The translations under genes were made by a program, and so were the position numbers. This document shows positions 50,175 through 59,530 of a stretch of DNA of 64,000 nt, piece by piece. The stretch is from Candidatus Desulfaltia sp. GTDB lineage: Bacteria; Desulfobacterota; Desulfobacteria; Desulfobacterales; ETH-SRB1. The stretch spans positions 2,941 to 66,940 of the forward strand of contig JAUSPN010000101.1 of NCBI GenBank assembly GCA_030656555.1, in the 5' to 3' direction. The notes below the pieces were generated by a model. That model saw only the letters and a list, made by a program, of their open reading frames with translations. It had not been told where the DNA came from and did no database searches. Each line of letters starts with the position of its first letter. Position 1 is the first letter of the stretch.

Positions 50175-52774
50175 GCCTTAAATATAAAAATGATGATTTC
50201 TTGCTCCGAACAGACGACTATTCTGAAAAAGTGCTATCTGTAGTCAATAAGTATGATGCCTTTTTAGACGCACTGACTACCGCTGATTTTGGGCATATTC
50301 GTGAAGCGACAAGAATGGCCATTCAATTTTTTGTCTCCGATAAATATAAAAATACAGAGCAGGTTGCAGTCCATACTTATAACCAATCCCCAAAACTTAA
50401 GATCCGCTATAATAGATTGAATGATTATTTGGGGCATATTCAGATCAGGGATAAGAAATCGTTCAGCATCGACTTGGCCACAGGCACTGGGAAAAGCTGG
50501 GTTATATACGCTGTGTCTCAGATTATGCTGGCGGAGGGTCTGGTGGACAAGGTGCTGGTGTTATGTCCGTCTTTGACTATCGAAGAAGAGCTAAAAATTA
50601 AATTTGAAGTATTCAGCGGAAATAACGTATTGACACAGATTCTGACTGAACTGGATGCGGCTTATCCCTCTCCTGCCATCAAGAGCGCCAATGTCCCAAT
50701 CTTGAACGGTGATATTTGTATCGAGAACATCCACGCCGCCTATCAGCGAACAGGCTCTTCCATTCCTGACAGCTTTAAAGGCAAAGGGCAGCGAACCCTG
50801 GTCATCAGTGATGAAGCCCATCACATATACAGTAAGGCAGACGCTAATGTGAAGAAGTGGTACGATTTCTTGATAAACCCGGATTACGATTTTCATTATC
50901 TGCTTGGACTAACAGGCACACCTTATATCGGTGATGAATATTTTCACGACGTGATTTACCGTTACAGCCTGAAACAGGCAATGGAAGACGGGATCATCAA
51001 AAAAATTGATTATAAGGTCGAAGAGGAGTCGGATAAAGAGAAGGGGTTTGATGAAACATATCAGAATCACGTAGCCATACAGGAAATGTATTCCGGCAAT
51101 TTAAAGCCCATCACTATTATCATAACCGACAGGATCGTTACCTGTATCCAGGTGTGGAACAATCTGGTTAAATATATCTCTGAAAAAGAAAACCTGTCCT
51201 ATGACCAGGCGGCAAAAAAAGTCATCTGGGTGACTTCCGGCCTGCCATCTTCGGCAAATGAAAGAACGGTTGTTGATGGTATTTTAAGCAACGGTGAAAA
51301 AGTGCGGAAAGAAAACCTGACATTGCTGAAATCTGTGGATGAAAAGGAGAATCCCGTAGAATGGATTGTCTCTGTAAGTATGCTTACCGAAGGATGGGAT
51401 GTTAAAAATGTATTTCAGATTGTGCCTCATGAACAACGGGCTTTTAATTCCAAATTGCTTATTTCACAGGTTCTGGGCAGGGGGTTAAGAATACCGAAAG
51501 GGTTGGAACACCCGATCTTTGTAAAAATCAATAATCATGAAAAATGGACGCCAAAGATTGTTAATCTATATAACGAAGTCCTGGAAATAGAAAATAAGAT
51601 CTCATGGTTTTATGATGAATCCAAAAAACGCTATGCCTTCCCGCTTTACAATTTAGAATATGCATCCCTGCAGGACACCATAGAGATCAAGAAAGAGCCT
51701 GCAAAAGAACCGGGAAAGGTGGATTTTTCGCCACAGAGCAGAAAATGGGAAGAAACCAGCCGCTATTCGGAAACAGGTTCTTTTCGTTTCACCGTTGAGA
51801 ATAAGGACATATTGACCATCGAGCAGGCCGCGCGCCAGATCAAACTTTTTTTAAAGGAAAAAGACGCCTCTATTTCAAAGCAGTGGTCGATTAAGAAAAT
51901 CAAGGATTTTATTGTTAAGAACCTTGAGAAAGATGATTACGATTCGTCATTTCTTACAAATGAAAATTTATCAAAAGCAAAACAGGCATTTGGGCCGATG
52001 TTTAGGGAATTAGACAAGAAAGCGCCCAGGATGAAAATGCGGCCTGATTCGCTCTATCCGTTAATCTGGGAGGAGATGTCGTTACAGTCTTTCAATGAGA
52101 GTGCAATAAAGGAGAACAGTTACGTTTATTATACAAAAGATTCTGTCAATTCTCTTTCAGCCGAGCAGAAAATTTTATTTGGCGACTTTTTAAAAGATAA
52201 AGAAAACTATGATCAGGTTAGAGAAAAGGTTGTCAGGTATGGTGGCAACGAAGACGAAATCAAATTTTTACAGGAAAATCTCTTTGAAAGAACGGATGAT
52301 GAGTTCAAAACGCCGTTAAATATGCTTTTTGTCTCCTATGAGCCGGAACATCGATTTGCCAACTCATTATTTAATAATATTAATTTGTTTGACTCGATTT
52401 TCAAATCACCGGATAAGGGCTTTTATTGGTTCCCCTATTCTTATAAACCGGACGAGAAAGGAAGCACTCACGTTAAGAGGGAAAATTTTAATCCTGATTT
52501 TTTCATCAAACTGAAAGATAAAAATGAAATACTGGTGGTAGAGATAAAGGCGGACAGCGACACCAATCAAAAAAACAAAGCAAAATATCGGGACGGAAAG
52601 GCGCATTTTGATTCGTTGAACAAGAAATTGAAGGAAAATGGCATTGATTGGAAATACCATTTCTACTTTTTATCGCCGGAAGACAGAACAGAGTTTTTTC
52701 AGGCTGTTCGTGATGGTCGGTATAAAAACTGGAAATCCGGATTGATGCAGGAATTAAGTAGTAACGGAAAGTAA
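50171..52774 (+). CDS. res: Type III restriction enzyme Res subunit (SF2 helicase plus C-terminal PD-(D/E)xK)
   Basis: DLATGTGKSWVI (motif I), VISDEAHHIY (DEAH), GLTGTPY, MLTEGWDVKNV, QVLGRGLR, and C-terminal NPDFFIK...ILVVEIKADSD. Confidence 0.85.
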   Translation: MSLKYKNDDFLLRTDDYSEKVLSVVNKYDAFLDALTTADFGHIREATRMAIQFFVSDKYKNTEQVAVHTYNQSPKLKIRYNRLNDYLGHIQIRDKKSFSIDLATGTGKSWVIYAVSQIMLAEGLVDKVLVLCPSLTIEEELKIKFEVFSGNNVLTQILTELDAAYPSPAIKSANVPILNGDICIENIHAAYQRTGSSIPDSFKGKGQRTLVISDEAHHIYSKADANVKKWYDFLINPDYDFHYLLGLTGTPYIGDEYFHDVIYRYSLKQAMEDGIIKKIDYKVEEESDKEKGFDETYQNHVAIQEMYSGNLKPITIIITDRIVTCIQVWNNLVKYISEKENLSYDQAAKKVIWVTSGLPSSANERTVVDGILSNGEKVRKENLTLLKSVDEKENPVEWIVSVSMLTEGWDVKNVFQIVPHEQRAFNSKLLISQVLGRGLRIPKGLEHPIFVKINNHEKWTPKIVNLYNEVLEIENKISWFYDESKKRYAFPLYNLEYASLQDTIEIKKEPAKEPGKVDFSPQSRKWEETSRYSETGSFRFTVENKDILTIEQAARQIKLFLKEKDASISKQWSIKKIKDFIVKNLEKDDYDSSFLTNENLSKAKQAFGPMFRELDKKAPRMKMRPDSLYPLIWEEMSLQSFNESAIKENSYVYYTKDSVNSLSAEQKILFGDFLKDKENYDQVREKVVRYGGNEDEIKFLQENLFERTDDEFKTPLNMLFVSYEPEHRFANSLFNNINLFDSIFKSPDKGFYWFPYSYKPDEKGSTHVKRENFNPDFFIKLKDKNEILVVEIKADSDTNQKNKAKYRDGKAHFDSLNKKLKENGIDWKYHFYFLSPEDRTEFFQAVRDGRYKNWKSGLMQELSSNGK

Positions 52775-52891
52775 GTGAAATCGGAAGCAGGCTCACATTT
52801 ATTCCTGACTTTGCTTTTTTGAAGAACAACCGACATTGAGAAGTTCGAAGCTGTTAGGGACGTGCCTTGGGGACATCCATTGGATTATAAC

Positions 52892-53020
52892 GGGAGGTTA
52901 GGGGACGTAGCTCAGTTTATAAGTTTATATCGTCGGGAAGGAAACCCATGGGAACAGCCATTGAAAAACAAGGGGGAATATGCAGTACATTAGTTTATAA
53001 GTTGATGTGGTAATTGAACT
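52892..53020 (+). repeat. Direct repeat copy 1 (~128 bp) upstream of the Panacea/toxin cassette
   Basis: gggaggttaggggacgtagctcagtttataagtttatatcgtcgggaaggaaacccatgggaacagccattgaaaaacaagggggaatatgcagtacattagtttataagttgatgtggtaattgaact aligns over its full length with 54811-54938, with scattered substitutions. Confidence 0.85.
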
Positions 53021-53202
53021 GAAGAACGTAGTTGACCCCAGTTAAATAAAAGCAAACATGATATTATAGCTGTTTAATTTAAATATGAATATTTAAGATG
53101 CGACCTCAATGAACTCTTTATAAGAAAACAGTCTTCGCCGTTAAAAGAAGATTCCGAGAAAGAGTAATATGATGAGAAAATTTAAATATATGGTTGTTTA
53201 TA

Positions 53203-54000
53203 ATGAAATCCAGTAAAATTGACATCCTCATACAATACGCAATTTTAATTGCCGGTCAGGAAGATGAGTATCTTGACCGCCAGCTTGGTCCAATCCACTT
53301 GATAAAATACGTCTATCTGGCGGATTTGGCATATGCTGAGCGTAATTGCGGTGAGACTTTTACAGGAATTGCCTGGCAGTTTTATAAGTTCGGGCCTTGG
53401 TCTGAAGCAGTTAACGAGCGGATTGAACCTGCTCTTGCTGCAATTGGAGCAAACAAAAAAACATTTCCCAGCAACTTTGACGACAAAAATGATTGGTTTA
53501 GGTGGCAGATTACAGATGATCGTTTGCTGGATGATATAGAACGAAAGCTACCTTTTCCTGTTACATCGCGCCTTAAAAGAGATATTCATAAGTTTGGTCA
53601 AGACACTCCTTCACTGTTAAGCTATGTCTATCTGACCTCCCCGATGCTTTTGGCCGCCCCGAATGAGTATCTCGATTTCTCGCACTTGAATCAAAAAAGC
53701 GAAGATATAAAAAAGCCTTTGCCGTTAAAGAAAGAGAGCTTGACTGCCAGGGAAAAGAAAAAATTCAAAGAAGGCATGCAAAAAATACGTGAAAAGAACT
53801 TCGAAAGGCAGTCCGCTGATCGCAGGAAAACACAACTCGTAAATCCTGTTCCGCATCCTAAATATGACGATGTCTATTATGACGGGCTGAAGTGGCTTGA
53901 CAGCCTTGCCGGTCCCCCGCTACCTGAAGGGGAAAAAGAAGCCATTTTCTCCGATTCTGTCTGGAAGTCAAGTAGCAGAAGGGGTGAAGATGTTTCCTGA
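53203..54000 (+). CDS. Panacea (DUF4065/SocA-like) domain antitoxin candidate
   Basis: LGPIHLIKYVYLADLAYAERNCGETFTGIAWQFYKFGPWSEAV matches the DUF4065 pattern (KLxYLAD...W..GPW). ATG at 53203 preferred over the track TTG at 53194. Its stop overlaps the next ATG (ATGTTTCCTGA). Confidence 0.6.
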   Translation: MKSSKIDILIQYAILIAGQEDEYLDRQLGPIHLIKYVYLADLAYAERNCGETFTGIAWQFYKFGPWSEAVNERIEPALAAIGANKKTFPSNFDDKNDWFRWQITDDRLLDDIERKLPFPVTSRLKRDIHKFGQDTPSLLSYVYLTSPMLLAAPNEYLDFSHLNQKSEDIKKPLPLKKESLTAREKKKFKEGMQKIREKNFERQSADRRKTQLVNPVPHPKYDDVYYDGLKWLDSLAGPPLPEGEKEAIFSDSVWKSSSRRGEDVS

Positions 54001-54696
54001 TGATTCGGTCCAGTCCATTATTAGCCCTTCTTTATGGTGGGAAGAAACCAAAACAAAAAACTTCGAGAGGGGTTGCCTTGTTTATGCCTTTATACCACAT
54101 GTTGACCAAGTGCCTTATACTATAAGACTTGTCGGAAGATCACAGGCAGAACGGCATGACAGCGCAAAGCTGGATATTGCTCCATTGAGGATAAAGACAG
54201 GCGCAAAAAAGAAGATTTGCCTGTAGCTGCAATGGCGCTTCATGATGATGAGCTGTGGGCAGCTTATAGGGCAAAGAAAAGACCGTGTCTTGTATTGGGA
54301 AGTGCTGTCCCAGCTGTAGACAATAAATTAAGATGGGGTATGCCAAAGAAATCGACGGCACCAACGGTGATTGTTGCACCCTATTATGGTTCTGACCATG
54401 ATGGCACGCGTGCCGGATATAATCCTGAGCTTGTTGAGCGAATACGACACGCAGAATATCCGCAATTTTTTTGGGATAAACTTCCTATTTTCGGGCCGAA
54501 AGAGTCGATATTGAGACTTGATCACATTCAACCCGTTGGAACACATTACAATTCGTATGAATTGGCCAAATATAAGCTGAGCAAAAATGCCATGGAGCTC
54601 ATGGATGATTTACTCCAATGGCTCATTTGGGGTGGCGTCCCTGCTGACAGCCTCATTTTAGATTACAGAAAACAAATTGAATCTACCTTTGGCTAA
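53990..54696 (+). CDS. MazF/PemK-fold-like toxin candidate in two frames, joined by a -1 shift at A_AAA_AAG (54205-54211) or else disrupted
   Basis: Frame 1 reads MFPDDS...ERGCLVYAFIPHVD...APLRIKTGAKKKICL*, stopping at 54226. The -1 frame continues ..EDLPVAAMALHDDELWAAYRAKKRPCLVLG...TVIVAPYYG...ILRLDHIQPV. The joined product would be about 235 aa. Confidence 0.5.
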
Positions 54697-54810
54697 CATA
54701 TATCATGTAGTTGGCGTAATTACGTAGAGGGCAATGGAGGTATAGCATGATTGTATCCGTGGGACTTACGGGACATTCTCAACTTTTAAACTTGTAAGGC
54801 AGATGAAACA

Positions 54811-54938
54811 GGGGATTAGAGGGCGTAGCTCAGTTTATAAGTTTATATCGTCAGGAAGGAACCCCACGGGAACAGCCATTGAAAAATAAGGTGGAATATA
54901 CGGGACATTAGTCTATAAGTTGGCGGGGTAATTGAACT
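54811..54938 (+). repeat. Direct repeat copy 2 (~128 bp) downstream of the cassette, upstream of proS
   Basis: ggggattagagggcgtagctcagtttataagtttatatcgtcaggaaggaaccccacgggaacagccattgaaaaataaggtggaatatacgggacattagtctataagttggcggggtaattgaact. Confidence 0.85.
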
Positions 54939-55017
54939 ATTATGATATCTGGTTTGCATGCCACGCCAATCAAGAATAGATGCCCGGCCGCCTCGCCTGT
55001 GCTCTCTGTGGTAAATG

Positions 55018-55047
55018 TTTACAACTGTAGATAATTTGTTGTATAAT
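55018..55047 (+). promoter_or_regulatory. Candidate sigma70-type promoter for proS
   Basis: TTTACA, 18 nt, then TATAAT (55042-55047), about 25 nt before the ATG. Confidence 0.35.
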
Positions 55048-55072
55048 ATTAAAGTATTATAAAAGGATCAAT

Positions 55073-56593
55073 ATGGCAAAACAAGTTAAAACCGCAATAA
55101 GCCCGACAAGAGCTGAAGATTATCCGGAATGGTACCAGCAGGTGGTCAAGGCCTCGGATATGGCTGAGAATTCACCCGTAAGAGGCTGCATGGTAATAAA
55201 GCCGTGGGGATATGCCATTTGGGAAAATATTATGCGCATCCTTAATGAAATATTTAAGGCAACAGGGGTGAAAAATGCATATTTCCCGCTATTTATTCCC
55301 CTTTCTTTTCTTGAAAAAGAGGCCGAGCATGTTGAGGGGTTTGCAAAGGAATGCGCAGTTGTATCGCATCACAGACTTGAAAAAGGCCCAAACGGCGGCC
55401 TGGTGCCTGCAGGTCCGCTCAATGAACCTTTGATAGTGCGACCGACTTCAGAAACAATTATCGGAGATGCCTTTTCAAAGTGGATTTCCAGTTATCGTGA
55501 TTTTCCGATACTCATCAACCAGTGGGCAAATGTTGTCAGATGGGAAATGAGGCCCCGGATATTTTTGAGAACCAGTGAATTCCTGTGGCAGGAAGGGCAT
55601 ACAGCCCATGCTGCAAAAGAAGAGGCAATTGAACGGGCTCACATGATGCTTGATCTTTACGCGCATTTTGTTGAACAATACCTTGCTATGCCTGTAATGA
55701 GAGGGAAAAAATCCGAGTCGGAAAGATTCCCGGGAGCTGTTGATACTCTTTGCATCGAAGCTATGATGCAGGATAGAAAGGCTTTGCAGGCTGGCACATC
55801 ACATTTTTTAGGGCAGAATTTTGCCAGAGCATCCAATATCAAATTTCAGTCTGCCGAAGAAAAAGAGGAATATGCGTGGACGACTTCATGGGGAACATCT
55901 ACGCGTCTTATCGGAGGTCTTATAATGACACACAGCGATGATGACGGCCTTGTGCTTCCCCCTAAAATCGCATCCTCACACGTTGTTTTGCTGCCTATTA
56001 TAAGAAAGGCTGATGACAAATCAAGGGTGATGGAGTTTACTGAAAGCCTTGCAAAAGAGCTTAAAGATAAATTTTTCTGCGGCCGCAGGCTGGAAGTTGA
56101 AATTGACGATCGTGAAATCGGCGGCGCAAGAGGCTGGGACTGGATTAAAAAAGGTATTCCTCTACGGGTTGAAATAGGACCCAGAGATATTGATGATAAT
56201 TCCGTATTTGTGGGAAGGCGTGACAAGCCTCACAAGGATAAACAATCATTTAAAAGAGATGATTTTATCAACCAGGTAACAGATATACTTGATGAAATAC
56301 AGATATCTCTTTTTGAACGCGCCCTCTTGTTCAGGAAAGAGCATAGTGTTACAATCGAAGACAAAAAAACATTTGTTGATTTTTTTACACCCGCAAATAG
56401 TGAAAAACCCGAAATTCACGGTGGATTTGCATCATCATGCTGGTGCGGATCAAAAGAGTGTGAATCAAAAATAAAGCAGGATCTTAGCGTTTCGATACGA
56501 TGTGTTCCGCTTTTCGATATAAAGGAAAAAGGCGAGTGTGTTTACTGCGGACAGCCTGCAACTAACCGTGTAATATTTGCAAAGGCATATTAA
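55073..56593 (+). CDS. proS: Proline-tRNA ligase (archaeal/eukaryote-like type)
   Basis: YPEWYQQVVKASDMAENSPVRGCMVIKPWGYAIWENI...RPTSET...FLRTSEFLWQEGHTAH. Confidence 0.93.
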   Translation: MAKQVKTAISPTRAEDYPEWYQQVVKASDMAENSPVRGCMVIKPWGYAIWENIMRILNEIFKATGVKNAYFPLFIPLSFLEKEAEHVEGFAKECAVVSHHRLEKGPNGGLVPAGPLNEPLIVRPTSETIIGDAFSKWISSYRDFPILINQWANVVRWEMRPRIFLRTSEFLWQEGHTAHAAKEEAIERAHMMLDLYAHFVEQYLAMPVMRGKKSESERFPGAVDTLCIEAMMQDRKALQAGTSHFLGQNFARASNIKFQSAEEKEEYAWTTSWGTSTRLIGGLIMTHSDDDGLVLPPKIASSHVVLLPIIRKADDKSRVMEFTESLAKELKDKFFCGRRLEVEIDDREIGGARGWDWIKKGIPLRVEIGPRDIDDNSVFVGRRDKPHKDKQSFKRDDFINQVTDILDEIQISLFERALLFRKEHSVTIEDKKTFVDFFTPANSEKPEIHGGFASSCWCGSKECESKIKQDLSVSIRCVPLFDIKEKGECVYCGQPATNRVIFAKAY

Positions 56594-56596
56594 CCC

Positions 56597-58738
56597 TTGA
56601 TTCGAATCACCGATATACTTGACAAGGTCGCCGACAACAACCCTGATGCAGATCTGGACATTATAGACCGGGCATATATTTACTCGGCCAAGGTACATGA
56701 CGGACAGATGCGGCTGTCGGGCGAGCCCTACCTTACCCACCCACTTGAAGTGGCCTATATTCTGGCAGATATGAAACTCGATTCCGTCAGCATTGCAGCC
56801 GCTCTCTTACATGATGTAATCGAGGATACCCACGCTACTTCAGAAGAAATAACAGATATATTCGGCCCTGATGTATTGCATATTGTATCCGGCGTAACCA
56901 AGCTTAGCTCGCTTGCCTTTGACACTTCACAGGCCCGTCAGGCTGAAAGTATCCGAAGGATGATTCTTGCCATGGCGGATGATATCAGAGTTATACTGAT
57001 TAAGCTGGCTGACCGCCTTCATAATATGAGAACCCTGCATTTTCACACAAATAATCAAAAAAAAATAAAAGTTGCACAGGAAACCCATGATATTTACGCG
57101 CCGCTTGCCGCGCGTCTTGGGATTTACTGGATGAAGAAGGAGCTGGAAGATACTTCCTTTATGTATCTTCAGCCTGAAGAATATTATAAAATAAAAAGTC
57201 TTATCCACAAAGATAAGGAGGAACGCGAACAATATGTTGCAACAGTCAAAGATTACATCAAAAAAAAGATGGATGAAAATGGTCTGAAAGGTGAAGTTAC
57301 AGGCAGATATAAATATTTTTACAGCATTTACAAGAAAATGGTTGATCAGAATTTATCCTTTGAAGAAATCTACGATATTATAGCATTCAGGATAATCCTT
57401 GATACAATACCCCAGTGCTACGAAGCGCTCGGGCACATACATTCATTGTGGAAACCTGTTCCTAAAAAATTTAAGGATTATATAGGGGTCCCCAAACCAA
57501 ACATGTATCAGTCTCTCCATACAACGGTGATCGGACCTTATGGCGAACGTATTGAAATACAGATCAGGACATGGGAAATGGATGGGGTCGCAGAATCAGG
57601 TATAGCGGCTCACTGGGGGTACAAAGAGGGTAAGCGTATTGACGAGAAGATAACCAATACTTTTGCATGGATTCAGAAACTTGTTGAAAACCAGCAGGCG
57701 ATAAAAGATCCGGATGAATTCATGGAAAGTGTTCGCATAGATCTTTTTCCTGACGAAGTCTATGTTTTTACGCCAAAAGGAGAAGTTAAATCGATTGCCA
57801 AGGGCGCCACGCCTGTTGATTTTGCTTATTTAATTCACTCAGAGGTAGGTGATCGGTGTGTTGGAGCTAAGGTTAACGGGCATATCGTGCCGCTGCAGTA
57901 TGTATTAAAAAACGGAAATATAGTAGAAATTATTACTTCAAAAAACCATCATCCAAGCAAGGATTGGCTAAGGTTTGTCAAGACGGTCAAAGCCCGTTCA
58001 AGAATAAGGCAGTGGATAAAAACTCAGGAAAGAGAACGCAGCATTACACTTGGCAGAGAGATGTGTGAAAAGGCTTTTCGTAAATACAGCCTTAATTTTA
58101 ATGAACTGTTGAAATCAAAAGAAATGCAAAAGGTAGTAGAGGATTTTGGTTTTAAGACGGTTGATGACCTTATTGTAACCGTTGGTTACGGTAAAATCAC
58201 ACCTTTGCAGATAATCAGGAAGGTTGTTCCAAAATCTGAATTAGACGAAGAAAAATCTATTTTAACCAAAATCATAGGTCACGTTAAAAAGAAAAAGCCA
58301 AACGCAAGTGTAATTGTACATGGTATTGATGACATACTGATAAAATTTGGAAAGTGCTGCCAACCTGTCCCAGGAGATTCTACAATCGGCTATATTACAC
58401 AGGGCTACGGCGTAACAGTTCATCGCACTACATGTTTAAATGCTTTAAAAATGAATCCGGAACGGCGGATAGATGTGGAGTGGGATAAGGATATTTCAGA
58501 AACTTATCCGGTAAAAATAATCGTTCGTTCAAACGACAGGATTGGTTTGCTGGCCGACATCGCAGCCAGCATCAGTAAACATGGTTCGAATATTGTCAGC
58601 GCCAAAACAGAAACTATGGAAAGCAGCAACGTCGAAATTTTTTTTACAATTTATGTTAAAGACATCGACCATCTAAATACGCTTCTATCAGCGATTAAAA
58701 AAGTAAAGTTTGTTTATGATGCCAGCAGAGAAAGTTAA
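56597..58738 (+). CDS. Bifunctional (p)ppGpp synthetase/hydrolase RelA/SpoT
   Basis: [20 protein letters not shown]...LHDVIEDT (HD), [15 protein letters not shown] (synthetase), plus TGS and ACT-like C-terminus. Confidence 0.92.
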   Translation: MIRITDILDKVADNNPDADLDIIDRAYIYSAKVHDGQMRLSGEPYLTHPLEVAYILADMKLDSVSIAAALLHDVIEDTHATSEEITDIFGPDVLHIVSGVTKLSSLAFDTSQARQAESIRRMILAMADDIRVILIKLADRLHNMRTLHFHTNNQKKIKVAQETHDIYAPLAARLGIYWMKKELEDTSFMYLQPEEYYKIKSLIHKDKEEREQYVATVKDYIKKKMDENGLKGEVTGRYKYFYSIYKKMVDQNLSFEEIYDIIAFRIILDTIPQCYEALGHIHSLWKPVPKKFKDYIGVPKPNMYQSLHTTVIGPYGERIEIQIRTWEMDGVAESGIAAHWGYKEGKRIDEKITNTFAWIQKLVENQQAIKDPDEFMESVRIDLFPDEVYVFTPKGEVKSIAKGATPVDFAYLIHSEVGDRCVGAKVNGHIVPLQYVLKNGNIVEIITSKNHHPSKDWLRFVKTVKARSRIRQWIKTQERERSITLGREMCEKAFRKYSLNFNELLKSKEMQKVVEDFGFKTVDDLIVTVGYGKITPLQIIRKVVPKSELDEEKSILTKIIGHVKKKKPNASVIVHGIDDILIKFGKCCQPVPGDSTIGYITQGYGVTVHRTTCLNALKMNPERRIDVEWDKDISETYPVKIIVRSNDRIGLLADIAASISKHGSNIVSAKTETMESSNVEIFFTIYVKDIDHLNTLLSAIKKVKFVYDASRES

Positions 58739-58926
58739 GGAGCTTTGACAACCAGACCTGACTTTATACAGCCTGTGCACACGACCATTCTTTTTACCTT
58801 CCCGTTATATAATGCTCTTACTTTTTGAAGGTTTGGGTTAAAACGCCGCTTTGTAACATTATGGGCATGACTTACATTGTTTCCTGTTAGAGGTTTTTTC
58901 CCGCATATTTCGCACATTTTAGACAT
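58735..58926 (-). CDS. rpmB: 50S ribosomal protein L28
   Basis: [36 protein letters not shown]. Confidence 0.93.
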   Translation of the reverse strand: MSKMCEICGKKPLTGNNVSHAHNVTKRRFNPNLQKVRALYNGKVKRMVVCTGCIKSGLVVKAP

Positions 58927-59067
58927 GATTATTTCTCCGTTTTCTTGATTTAAAATTCAGTTAGCAATTTAGGTCTTTCAAAAAAGACTTCTTTGACAGG
59001 ATTAAAACATCAAAACTTATCCTGTTATCCTGTCTGGTTTTTTTCAAATAATTAAAGTATTACAAAT

Positions 59068-59523
59068 TCAGCTTATTTCTTCAATCTTTATTCCTTGCCT
59101 GATTAAAAGAGCTGCCGCAACTCCGGTTATAGCGTTTGATTCCGTGTCGCCCGATATCTCAGGACGCGACCGCTCCCCCATACCCACCCCTCAAGAAGGG
59201 CTTTTATCTTTTAAAAAACAAAACTTGATATTATGCGCTTTTATCCGATTCAAAGCAGCATAGGCTCCGTCAATAAAAGCCTTTGTATTGTCTATTCCAT
59301 GAATGTTTACGACTCTTGCATTTCCATCCAGCACATTAAAACCATCTCCGTCAACAAGTCTGGACGGATCTCTCGGAGTTGTGAGCCCTCCTAACTGTTC
59401 AGGACAGATCGGCAGAATCCTTTCCGTTGCCAGCCGCTTAAAGACAACAGCACTTTTTTTGCTTTTTCCATCATATCTGCAGTTATAACCAAGCAGACAC
59501 GCACTTGCAGCCACCATTAACAT
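59068..59523 (-). CDS. DUF523/TudS-like protein with in-frame TGA (59193-59191) at the conserved SPSCG cysteine; candidate selenoprotein, otherwise a nonsense pseudogene
   Basis: The track ORF ends ...FLKDKSPS*. My in-frame continuation reads [TGA]GVGMGERSRPEISGDTESNAITGVAAALLIRQGIKIEEIS*, stopping at 59070-59068. Total length of 151 codons is typical for the family. SACLLG..CRYDG and ICPEQLGGL are present upstream. Confidence 0.55.
59146..59171 (-). other. Stem-loop about 19 nt downstream of the in-frame UGA (candidate SECIS)
   Basis: RNA GGUCGCGUCCUGAGAUAUCGGGCGAC. GUCGC pairs with GCGAC and CC with GG around a 9-nt loop, with a 2-nt bulge. Confidence 0.35.
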
Positions 59524-59530
59524 ATATCCT

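Noticed and set aside
52901-52935. tRNA gene suggested by GGGGACGTAGCTCAG (also at 54821)
   Set aside because: Only the acceptor/D-arm-like 5-prime part is present. There is no anticodon stem or GTTCRANYC T-arm and no acceptor complement. It is treated as part of the 128-bp repeat.
54697-55072. T-box or other leader riboswitch upstream of proS
   Set aside because: I could not find a T-box sequence (AGGGUGGNACCGCG-like) or specifier architecture. The region is explained by repeat copy 2, a repeat arm and a plausible promoter.
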